Below are positions 42,320 to 54,091 of a stretch of 64,000 nucleotides of DNA, in pieces. The DNA is from Eledone cirrhosa (taxonomy: Eukaryota). The translations under genes were made by a program, and so were the position numbers. The stretch lies in NCBI GenBank assembly GCA_964016885.1, contig OZ024743.1:348688001-348752000 (forward strand). Reading direction: 5' to 3'. The notes under the pieces were generated by a model that made no database searches, was not told where the DNA came from, and worked only from the letters and a program-made list of their open reading frames with translations. Every line of letters starts with the position of its first letter. Position 1 is the first letter of the stretch.

Positions 42320-43160
42320 TGACGATTCTTGAATTGTCTCGTTAGACCTCCTTGAGATTTGACCACCTTGTGGCATATGTAGCATTGATAAGAGTGAATT
42401 GGCTCATGTATCCTATAGACAGTAGGGACTGTACTATTGTGTGCTCTTATGTGAGTTTGAAGTCCAGACTCTGAAAGGCAGTATCTACCACAGACTTTAC
42501 ATTAGAGAACTTTCCATTAATTTCGTGACCTTTTGTAGCTGTTTTTTTTTTGTTTTTTTTCTTATATTCCTCTTATTAGTTACTTGCACCGCCCCATTTT
42601 GCTCAAAAGTTTTCACACCCCATATTTTTAGTGGGATCCACTATGAGACTTTCCATGTTTTGTGGGTCAATTCCTACATCCTTCAAAAATTCCTGAACGT
42701 TTTCTTTGGCTTACTCTATTTACTTTTACCCTGAGCATGTTCTCAGTAAAACAATTGCTTAGGGATTCGCTCGTCAATTATACAGATGTTTCAAATGTAT
42801 TGTCTGTATGAAACAAATACTAAATGCATGTAGAACGTCAGTCAGTAATCAAGAATATCCAGTTTATCTTCTGAATATTTAGTAAGAATTTTTGATAAAA
42901 TCATTCCAGGAGTCTAAAGTGATATTTGTAACACGTCCAAATTTCAGAAGAGTGCAGAATAGATGATAAAACAAAGGAATTATAATCATATATTTTTGTT
43001 TCATTGTTTACACGTCTCTCTCTATATATAGTGGGACATTCAGATGGATTTAATGCCATAGTCATAAAAGCTAATGCAATTCTCCGATTTTGACTCCTAT
43101 GTAATGGCTCAACGGAGGCTATGGCACGTGGGTAGATAATTCGTTTCGGAACACATCATG
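42320..43160 (-). pseudogene. Decayed RTE/BovB-like LINE 3' region with C-terminal zinc fingers
   Basis: Minus-strand translation by eye: VLSSILHSSEIWTCYKYH..LE, DERIPKQLFY*E..QGK, VCGRYCLSESGLQTHIRAH, YQCYICHKVVKSQGGLTR. Confidence 0.75.
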
Positions 43161-43406
43161 GTGATTCTTTCCTAGGGAATCGCTACCCATATAGAACAAA
43201 TCGCAGATAAAAATCAAAGTTATTTAAGAATTCTAACGGTTACATGAAGAAAGATATACATTTCCATCACCTGGGCCAAAATCACCTCAATATATGTTAA
43301 AACGCTTGTAAGCATATATGTGAGTATGAGTGTGTGTGGGTGCATGTGCGTATGTGCAAATGCGTTTAGGGGATGTGTTTTGTTGTTTGTGTATGTTTGC
43401 AATTTT

Positions 43407-43527
<121 letters not shown>

Positions 43528-43557
43528 TGAGTATGTGTGTATATATGTACATCTCTG

Positions 43558-43622
<65 letters not shown>

Positions 43623-43813
43623 TCACACAAACGCATACATGTGTCTCTGTCTTTCTCTCTCGCTCTGTTTTACTCTCTCTCCCACTCTCTCTCTCTATCT
43701 CTCTCTCTCTGTATATATATATATATATGAGTGCATATATATATATATATATATGCAATTACATACACTCATACATCTGTCTCTCTCATTCTCTCTCTCT
43801 CTCTTTTTCACTC

Positions 43814-43908
<95 letters not shown>

Positions 43909-44634
43909 TAAGCGTAGACCTACCGATGGAGAAGGGCTCTCGCATTTAGCACTCTTAGCCCAGTTAAACGTTAACTATATGAAAACCACGTAATATACTT
44001 TGTTTTCATGTTAAGATATGGCGTTATCTATTTTCCCTCCCCCATATAACTCTAATGTTGTGGTGGTGTTGCAGACAAAGTTGACTACTGCGGTGCGAGG
44101 AGATGGCTGTCAATACTACTACAGCACCCCTGTCTGCTTGAGATGGCTACCTGCAGAATTCATTCCTACAACGATGACTTGCTATTTTCGACATTCAGCG
44201 AAAGTGATGTGAGAAGGGGGAGAGACAATCGCTAGGGTCGTACAAGGGTTTGCTTGTCATAGCAGGGACCTAAACTCATTCTGCCTGCCCCCCGGCATCA
44301 TAAAAAGATTTTCAAGAAAATGTTTTTGAATTTAAAAAAAAATATTTTATAGTTGCATGAAATTGTTTTTAAAGAGTTTTATACCGTCTGACGAGATCAA
44401 GCTAACGAAATGGGTAGGAAGAAAACTTTCTCCCCAAAGACTTCAGGTATTATGTGTCATGTAGATAAAAATGAAAATAAATACAACTGCAATGACCTTC
44501 GATCAATTTAAAATTAACCCTCTCTCTCTCTCTCTTTCTCTCTCTTTATAAATATATATATATATAATTGGATACTTTGTAAAATCGAATATCTGGCGGT
44601 ATGCAATCAGAATCGGCCTACTATATGAAATAAT

Positions 44635-44814
44635 TGTTTCTACGTTTGGCACAAGGCCAGCAATTACACAGTACATTACTGGTACTTTATTGGATCGACC
44701 CCGTAAGGATGAAAGACAAAGTTAACCTCGGCGGGATTTGAACTCAGACCGTAAAGGGACGTAACTATGCTGGAAAGCATGGCCACCGACTCTCTACTGA
44801 TACTGCCAATCCAC
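44635..44814 (-). mobile_element. Full-length main SINE with 10-bp TSD
   Basis: ATGAAATAAT at 44625-44634 and 44815-44824. Confidence 0.95.
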
Positions 44815-44949
44815 ATGAAATAATGAGTTAGCAAATTACTCGATAAGGTAGGTCCTTAGAGTAATAACATACGTTTAAATAGCTTGACAAATCGAACATT
44901 GTAGTAGGCAAAATTTAACGCACAATATGCCAAAGTAACGAAAGAACTA

Positions 44950-44977
<28 letters not shown>

Positions 44978-44980
<3 letters not shown>

Positions 44981-45114
44981 GTATAATAAACAATACAATA
45001 TAATTACCTTATTACCAGATGTTTCCCGAATAAGACGAATACAAGAAACGTCCGCATTCGTTCGTCAGACAAGGCAATAATGAGGCAATTATATTGTATT
45101 GTTTATTATACATT
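44978..45114. repeat. Fold-back element, ~38-bp arms
   Basis: TAATGTATAATAAACAATACAATATAATT... pairs with ...AATTATATTGTATTGTTTATTATACATTA; follows (TA)n. Confidence 0.85.
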
Positions 45115-45189
45115 AAATTTAGCTCTGTAACTTACATAGAGCACTCTTCACTCTTATGACTTTTTCAATTTTCAACGGAAACTTCAATA

Positions 45190-45223
<34 letters not shown>

Positions 45224-45455
45224 AGTATGCATGTATACGTACATACATATATGTATACAGACGTACAGTAGCATGCACATATATATATATACATATATAC
45301 ATACATATGCATACAGGTACACATACATATATGCACGTATCAGTTTAGCGGCGCTAACGTCGCTTTGTTCGTTTGTAAACAAACTGAACAGCCTGAATTT
45401 ATGCCATACGGTGTTAAGGCAACCACGTCACCTTTTTGTTCAACACTGACACGGG

Positions 45456-45500
45456 AACGATGTACTAGTTTCAAGCTTGTTAGCTATCATCAGCACCGTT
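45456..45500 (-). ncRNA. Type I hammerhead ribozyme (family A')
   Basis: Reverse complement of 45751-45795. Confidence 0.78.
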
Positions 45501-45750
45501 TACCCATCTGCCAGATAGTTGAACGTTCGAAAGTATATACTTTCCTTATGAAAATTAACGGCTGAGCAGCCTAATTTGCATATTGAGTGAGTTAAATCGG
45601 TGAAATTTCGTTTTCATTTTGTTTCAATTTATCGTTTTCGGTATGCCTGACCGATTTAACTCACTCAATATGCAAATTAGGCTGCTCAGCCGTTAATTTT
45701 CATAAGGAAAGTATATACTTTCGAACGTTCAACTATCTGGCAGATGGGTA

Positions 45751-45795
45751 AACGGTGCTGATGATAGCTAACAAGCTTGAAACTAGTACATCGTT
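45751..45795 (+). ncRNA. Type I hammerhead ribozyme (family A')
   Basis: AACGGTG-CTGATGA-T-AGCT(AACA)AGCT-T-GAAA-CTAG-TA-CATCGTT; predicted cleavage after GUA at 45788. Confidence 0.8.
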
Positions 45796-46212
45796 CCCGT
45801 GTCAGTGTTGAACAAAAAGGTGACGTGGTTGCCTTAACACCGTATGGCATAAATTCAGGCTGTTCAGTTTGTTTACAAACGAACAAAGCGACGTTAGCGC
45901 CGCTAAACTGATACGTGCATATATGTATGTGTACCTGTATGCATATGTATGTATATATGTATATATATATATGTGCATGCTACTGTACGTCTGTATACAT
46001 ATATGTATGTACGTATACATGCATACTTACATTTAAGTAAGTGCCATACTAAGAGTGAGAAATGAAATTTCGTTTTCATTTTGTTTCAATTTATCGTTTT
46101 CGGTATGCCTGACCGATTTAACTCACTCAATATGCAAATTAGGCTGCTCAGCCGTTAATTTTCATAAGGAAAGTATATACTTTCGAACGTTCAACTATCT
46201 GGCAGATGGGTA

Positions 46213-46257
46213 AACGGTGCTGATGATAGCTAACAAGCTTGAAACTAGTACATCGTT
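46213..46257 (+). ncRNA. Type I hammerhead ribozyme (family A')
   Basis: Identical to 45751-45795, 462 bp downstream. Confidence 0.8.
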
Positions 46258-46553
46258 CCCGTGTCAGTGTTGAACAAAAAGGTGACGTGGTTGCCTCAAC
46301 ACCGTATGGCATAAATTCAGGCTGTTCAGTTTGTTTACAAACGAACAAAGCGACGTTAGCGCCGCTAAACTGATACGTGCATATATGTATGTGTACCTGT
46401 ATGCATATGTATGTATATATGTATATATATATATGTGCATGCTACTGTACGTCTGTATACATATATGTATGTACGTATACATGCATACTTACATTTAAGT
46501 AAGTGCCATACTAAGAGTGAGAAATGAAATTTCGTTTTCATTTTGTTTCAATT

Positions 46554-46706
<153 letters not shown>

Positions 46707-47315
46707 ATACATACATATATATATATGTATATACGCACACACACATACACACACGTATATATATATATATATATAGGTAGAGAAAGAGAGAGATAGCGGG
46801 TGCGAGACTTATATAGTGAGGGAGGGAGAGACAGTGGGTGAGAGAGAGACAGAAAGAACGAGAATGTATATAATATACATTCCTACGTTTTATGTTGCCT
46901 TTCCGTTTTATGCGTGCTTCAAGGCTACCATGAGCTTACGCACCTCGATATGTGTGTAAGCCTTTTGTTTCATTTGTATGTTTAAAAAATGATATATATT
47001 TGTGTGTAGATGCGTGCGTGTACTGTGAGTCTCTATAAAGGTGCTTATTTTTATGTTCTTTTCTTGCTAATACAGGTGGCCGGCATATCTGTTTACATAT
47101 TAACGGAAGTGGCCCCGCACTGAAAACAGCCCCATAAAATTGAAACCCCTGTTGTCAGGGTAATAACATAGCTCCGCTCATTAGTACTGGTAGCAGCGAG
47201 AGATGAATTACGACATCAACAGCTATGCCATGTACCCTTAGGCTTCCTTGAAATACACCTTTATTTCCATATACAAGCTATCAATGAACCTACGTCCACC
47301 ATTTTTCTAATATCC

Positions 47316-47380
<65 letters not shown>

Positions 47381-47390
47381 GTTGTTATTA

Positions 47391-49212
47391 CTCTTTGAGT
47401 TTCAGTCATTGATGTTAGTTAACTGGAAAGTTTGTTGAAATGAATATCATGCCACTACCTGCACCCTCAGATATTCAGGACGTATCGGAGGGTTCTTGCT
47501 GTTTTCAGCAAGCATGCCTTTTGAAGCATTCCAAAAAGCGTGAAGGGGCGAATTTTCTTTAACCATCCCGGGAAACTTTTTGAGATAGTCCCTAGTGCGC
47601 CTATGACAATCGGGATCACTTTGACTTCATGGCAGTTCCAAATCCTTTTTACCTCCCACTTTAAGTCCTGGTATCGGTTAATTTTCTCCCTCTCCTTCTC
47701 TTGCACTCTCGTGTCGAATGGGCAGGCCACATCCACAATCAGGCACGATCTTTTTTCTTTGACCACAACCACCAGGTCAGGTCTATTGTGTTCCAGTTTC
47801 TTGTCCGTCTGTATCCTAAAATCCCACAGCATCTTCACCTGATCGTTTTCTATCACCGACTCTGGCTTATGCTCATACCACTTCTCAGAATGTGGTAAAT
47901 TGTTTACTTTGCGCAGGTGCCAGTGGATCACCCTGCCCATCACATCATGTCTCCAGCCCTTATAGTGAGTCTGGGCTAGGTGTTTACACTCGGATACAAT
48001 GTGAGCCACAGTCTCCTCTCTCTCTCCACAGATTCTGCGCAGTGGGCTAGCCTCCTCCTTGTAGATATGGTGTTTCAACCACTTCGTTTTGAGGGCCTGC
48101 TCCTGCGCAGCCATTAACATTCCTTCTGTAGCCTTTTTAAGGTCTCCTCTTTTCAACCAGTGCCATGTCTGTGGATCTCTAAATTCAGTGTTCTCAAAGA
48201 AGGTACTATGAAGGGATTTTTCCTGAAGGCTGCTCTTCCTCCTTGATGTTATTTCCTCCTTGGACATCCCCTGGCCTATTGTCCCCTCCTTCAGTACAGT
48301 TCTGAGCATTGGCTCCTTACTATCAGTCACGTATTTGTGTAGGTTGTTTTTCTCCATCTGAACACAGTCCTCTATGCTGATAAGACCTCTTCCACCCTCA
48401 GATCTCCTCAAGTAGAGTCTATCGACATTACTCCTCTTGTGGAACATGTTCTAGATAGTCAATAGCTTCCTAGTCTTCCTATCCATTTCTTTTTGTTTAG
48501 CAACATTCCATCTCAGAATTCCCGCACTGTACCTAATAATAGACACAGCTCGGGAATTTACTGCACTCATGGCATTCCTACTGTTCAGATATGACTTTAA
48601 TACGCTCCTTACTCTCCGAATGGATTCAGTTCTTATCAATTCCTTCATTTTTTTTCTTGATGTCATCAGGCTCCAGAACGCCCAAATACTTGTATACTTC
48701 TTCAGAATCAATTTCCTTTATCATCTCACCTGTTGGTACCTGGATTCCGTTACTTCTGCTCAACTTACCCCTCCTCATCGCAATGACTCCACACTTACTA
48801 ATACCAAATTGCATACATATATCATTGCTGAAAATACGGACAGTGTCAAGAAGCACATCTAACTCCTTCTCACTCTTCCCGAAGAGCTTAAGATCGTCCA
48901 TGAAGAGGAGGTGATTGATGGTAAGCCCCCCCCCCCTTCCCAACCTGTATCCTGCTCTCACTTTTCGCAGTACATTGGTCAGGGGCATCAGGGCAAGGAC
49001 AAACAACAGAGGGGACAGACTATCTCCCTGGAAGATACCTGTCTTGATCTTCAGGCTTCCCAAGGATTCTCCAGTTGATGTTAACTCTGTTTCCCAGGAC
49101 TTCATACTTTTGCCCAACAACTGCCTGATGTTATCTGCCACCTTGAAGATCTCCAGGCTTTTGGTGATCTAAGAATGAGGCACTATGTCAAATGCCTTTT
49201 TGTAGTCTATCC
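47391..49212 (-). mobile_element. 5'-truncated R4/Dong-type non-LTR retrotransposon (RT plus RLE), disrupted
   Basis: GIFQGDSLSPLLF, FMDDLKL, RICGEREETVAHIVSEC, RHD, PDLVV..LIVDVACP..EKINRYQDL. (TAA)n on both sides. Confidence 0.92.
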
Positions 49213-49234
49213 ATTATTATTATTATTATTATTA

Positions 49235-49985
49235 CAGTTGCATTTATCTTGCTTTATGTTCATACGAGTTATCACCAAGTCACAACCAGTGACCTCAAGA
49301 GACAACAAGGTCCGCCATGTTCAAGAAAGAACATACATATTCACACATGCATCTTTAGTGTTTAGACTTGTGATGTACTTATATTGACAGAATCTTCCTT
49401 AGTATATGGGCAGTTCCCACTAGTACTATCTTTTGTATTTCTCCTATACGCGGGTTTCCTGGGATTTGCGATAAGTAATCATTAGCTCCCTTAGGTATCA
49501 TTCCCAGAGCGCCTACAACCACTGGTATTGTTTTAGTTCTCAATTTCCACATTTTTCCAATTTCTATCTCCAGGTCCTTATACTTGCTCAATTTTTCAAA
49601 TGTTTTTATAGATACATTCTTGTCTATTGGAACAGACATATCAATTAGCAGGCATACCCTCTTTTGAAAGTCTTTCAATATTATATCAGGTCTGTTTGCA
49701 TCTATTTGTCGGTCTGTTTGGATTCTAAAGTTCCACAAGATTGAGATGTGATCATTTTCAAGTATGGGAGGTGGTTGATGCTCCCACAAATTCTTTTGAT
49801 GGGGCAGGTCAAAATGCTGACACATTATCCAATGTATGTATTGTGCAGCTCTGTCATGCCTGTTTAGGTATTCGGTTGGAGCTATAGGACTGCACATTGA
49901 AATTATATGGTCAATGGTCTCTGGTTGTTTTTTGCATACACGGCATAATGGCTGCACCCATTTTTAATTATGTTGGCTTGGTAAT
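49235..49985 (-). mobile_element. 3' fragment of a second R4/Dong-type family
   Basis: ORF 49379-49957: CRVCKKQPETIDHIISMC, RHD, RPDII..LIDMSVP..EKLSKYKDL; ends at (TAA)n 49213-49234. Confidence 0.9.
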
Positions 49986-49994
49986 TTTTTGTTG

Positions 49995-51130
49995 GCAGAC
50001 ACTGATGCCGTGGCTGATCATGCGCAGGCACGCGCTCAGGCTACGACATCTCCACCTCTTCCTCGACGGTGATCAGGTGTGGTCGCCGTTTGCTAGACAC
50101 GTATTTCCCCAGCTCGTTTCCTTGATGGAGCTGCAGTCCTGGGTCAAGCGAAGACCGAGAGGGAGCGCTTGGAAATTGGAATGTCTTCAGGCGCTCACAG
50201 CCCTCGACCAATCGGACAATGTGATCGGTGGAAACTCCACCTTGGCGTTCTATAGAGGATTAGTGGAGGGGAAGTGTGCGACGTACTTGTGGAAAGTCTA
50301 GACGTCGGCGAAAATCAAATAGCCAATCTCTTCGGAAGAAGTTTCGGGCCGGGTCCTATGGACAACTTCCAGAAATCCCTGGCCTGGCAGTGCTACCGAG
50401 GAGCTTTGCCAGTTCGGGATAAACTCTACAGGCATGGAGGTGCCGTCAGCCGGGCATGTCTGAGATGCGCGCAGGCCGACGAAACCGTCCTGCACGTACT
50501 CGTCCAGTGTCCGAGCATTGCTGACTTGTGGGTTTATGTCGAACACCTGCTGTCGCGTGTGGGACGGATCCAGCTATCAGCTGAGTCCATCGCGAGGATT
50601 GCGCCGCCCTTTTCCTTAAGCCGGGAAGGGCAGGCAGTTTTTATCTGTCTGGTGGCCATGGCGAAAGAGATAGTATGGTGGACACGTTTGAAAGGGCAGA
50701 AGACGAGCACTTATCTCTTCGGTGATGCCCTGATTAACTTTTTCAAATTTCATTTGAAAAGGAAAATCAGGGTAGAAAGGAAGTGCTCTCTTCCCAGCAT
50801 TTTGTTGAAAGATGGGTGAGAGAGGCAAGAATAGCCCGAGTGAATGGGCCTACTCTGAGTATGTGTCTGTAAATTAAAGGTGGAAAACTGGGAGAGGGCA
50901 CTTGCCCTGGTGGTCAGGGTCTATGTGGCTTTTTAATGGGCTTTCTCCACAAATGTCCCTCGGAAGTCTCCCCCCTATTGGGGAATGTTTTCATTGTTCT
51001 ATTATTACATCCTCTGTTTCTTGTTTTTTACACGCAGAAATGCCCATTTGTACGGCCCTGTATTGTCATGCACTGTCCTTAATGTCTACTTTATGTAAAC
51101 CCTTGTAAACCTTTTTATTTTCATTATTGT
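49995..51130 (+). mobile_element. 3' fragment of Tx1/L1-clade LINE
   Basis: MPWLIMRRHALRLRHL..., CLRCAQADETVLHVLVQC; paralogous to 54000-54945. Confidence 0.9.
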
Positions 51131-51267
51131 TTGTCAGACAGAGAAGACGTATTTTTGTGAGCTCCGTGAGCTGGTTAATTTTTGCCTTGCACATAGATCG
51201 TCAGATGTGGACTGCTTTCCCATTGCGTTCCACGTACATATTGTAAGTCATTCACACACACACACAC

Positions 51268-51353
<86 letters not shown>

Positions 51354-51583
51354 ACACACACATACACACACACTCATATATATATATATATATAAATATT
51401 AGAAAAAATGAATCTTGAAAATTAGGAGTGCCTGCCTTCGTATCATTCTGTATCGCTATGTATACTTTTTTCAAAAATCCCCATTCTTTAAATCCATCAG
51501 TCATGTGACCACCATCCACCCTAAACACCATCTTCCCCTACTCCCAGAAAAGGTATAAATACCACCATAACACATTGACAGTC

Positions 51584-51635
51584 GGCTTACCTGATGATTT
51601 CTTTCGAATGAAACAGTTCTAGTTCTGTAGAAGCC
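51584..51635 (+). ncRNA. Type I hammerhead ribozyme candidate (family E)
   Basis: GGCTTAC-CTGATGA-T-TTC(TTTC)GAA-T-GAAA-CAG(TTCTAGTT)CTG-TA-GAAGCC; TATAAATA 30 bp upstream, (TA)n just downstream. Confidence 0.65.
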
Positions 51636-51648
51636 ATTTCTATAACGA

Positions 51649-51693
<45 letters not shown>

Positions 51694-52420
51694 GGTGTGT
51701 GTGTGTGGGTGTGTGTGTGGGTGTTTGTGTGTTTGTGTATGCATGTGTTGTTTATTGAAAATGTAACCAGCTTCAGTTTTACTTTCGGAAATAACGATGT
51801 TGTAGAAATAAATGAATGGCAGCCAGCATATGAAGGGGTGCTTTCACTTAGTCCTCACGTTTTCATTTAGCCCAATTGAGCCAACAGAAATCCTGAGTTT
51901 TTAAGTGGTGTGGGTACCGTTATGTCTCAAAACCACAAATTAGTTGACAAAACTAAAATATCCAATGTCACCAAGGACCCGAAAAGCACGTCACTTGTGG
52001 AGCGATATCTAGATTGGTATGACTGATTTCTCCAACCTCCGAGGCGTTGAGCATCGTAAATACCCACCATAAGAACACACATTTTCAAAAGAATTATATC
52101 AAGGAATCCACCGACGTTTTACTGAACTAGGGAGATGGATCATAACAATGTCTGGCTGACTCGTTGCAGCTGATCCAAGGTTTCTTGTCAAAGCAGGGTA
52201 TTTATCTTATTCTCCATGTTATCTACTCTGTAGGCATGACTTCTTATTTCTTGTATTCTAAAATTAAGATGACGCAAAAAGGATCGGAGTTTGAAATCCG
52301 AACGGATATAATGCGTTCAAGTAAGCCTTCATAGAAGAAAATTAGCAACTTAATCCCACCAAATGCATATGTTTTTCTATCATCTTAATGGCAGAGACCT
52401 TTTCAAGAGTAATTATATTC

Positions 52421-52480
52421 TTTTATTATTTTAGGAGTTTCAGTCATTTGACAGCGGTCAAGCTGGACTCTCACCTTAAA
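52421..52480 (-). mobile_element. Probable SINE 3' tail fragment
   Basis: Minus strand TTTAAGGTGAGAGTCCAGCTTGACCGCTGTCAAATGACTGAAACTCCTAAAATAATAA; head not visible. Confidence 0.45.
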
Positions 52481-53054
52481 ATCGATGGGAGTGCCTTTTA
52501 TTATTTTGTTCTTTTAAGTTGTATCGCACACATTTCGAATTTCTAATGGTCTCATTGGTACTTATATCAACTGTTGGTTATATAACTTTAGTTTAATTTA
52601 TGGTAGAATTAATCAGCAAATATAATATGCGAAGAATGCATTACATGTGTAAATAAGTTCATTTTGGAGATTCCTAATGTTCAAAATATCCATCAATATT
52701 AGGGATTCCAATCGTGATGTGACTGGGAAGACCAAGAAATACGCTTTACAGCTTATTTTCAGTTATACTTAAGATCCGATTAATAATCCGAGCAAGAAAC
52801 TCATATATAGATTGAAGTAATTATGGAATTTTAATTGAATTCATGAGGAATTATAGTATGTTTTTTTTATTGTTTTTTAATTCACAATGATATAATAAAA
52901 TTGATGCATCAGAGTTTTGAATGTTAATTAAAAGTAGTTAATCTATCATACATTGTACTATAGTTATAGAGATTTAATTGAAATTAAAATACACACATAC
53001 ACACACACACACACATACACACACACACACTCACACACATACACACATACACAA

Positions 53055-53129
<75 letters not shown>

Positions 53130-54091
53130 ACAGAACTGGGGATATATAGATATATGTATAAATGTATGTATAAAACAGAAGTGTGGATATATAAATATGT
53201 GGGTGCCACATTGGACTTTTTGAAAAAAGATGGTATATGCAAACGCACACACACACATTCAAAAATCCCGAGCTACCTAAATCCAGTGCCCTAATCAAAA
53301 CATATCTGGGATTTAAAGCGGGATTATATCGATTACACATTTTATTGGTCAGTGTTATAATTCGCCTGCTCATATCAAAACGAAAGACGCTCCGGCAATC
53401 TTCACGTGGTGGAAGTGTTTGTGATTATATCTGTATCGGATCTGTTGAACTCTCGACGTCATAGAATCTTCGACTTCCAACATAAGGCATTAAAAACCTT
53501 CTCTCAGTACCACCCTGACTAGCCTAGGGTTAGGTATTGTATCTCCGTATCCATTCCACACTAATTAACTCACTCCTTACAGCAGATTTCTTTTCGTGGC
53601 CTTTATTTTTTCCCGAATAATTCTATTTCTGATGAAGTGCAAATGAATACATGTAGACTGTTAAATAATTGTGCGGAAACATATGTTAAAGATAGATTAC
53701 ATAGTAAATTATTATTCTTGCCATCGCTTCCTGCATAGTTATTTCTTAATCTTTTATTCCAACCATATAATAATAATAATTATAATAATAATAATGATCT
53801 CTTTATTGGCCACAAGGGCTGACATCAAGAAAAACATTACAGGCGGCACAGGACTGTACATGGCGGTGCGATGTGGGAATTGTGCGTGTAAATATTTTGA
53901 TTATTTATATAAGAAAAGAAAAAAAAAAGGACATATAAACATATATATATATATAAACAATAAAAATGAAAATTGAAACAATTAAAAATTCCCCAATAGG
54001 GGGAGGGGGGGTGAAACCTCCGAGGGTTACTCGTGGCGAAAACCACACAAAAGACCACGGCCACCCTGACAACCAGGGCAAGCGCCCTCTC

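Noticed and set aside
45365-46482. Repeated 66-aa and 72-aa ORFs as a small gene family
   Set aside because: By-products of the repeated non-coding unit; antisense to the ribozyme and not preserved in family A copies.
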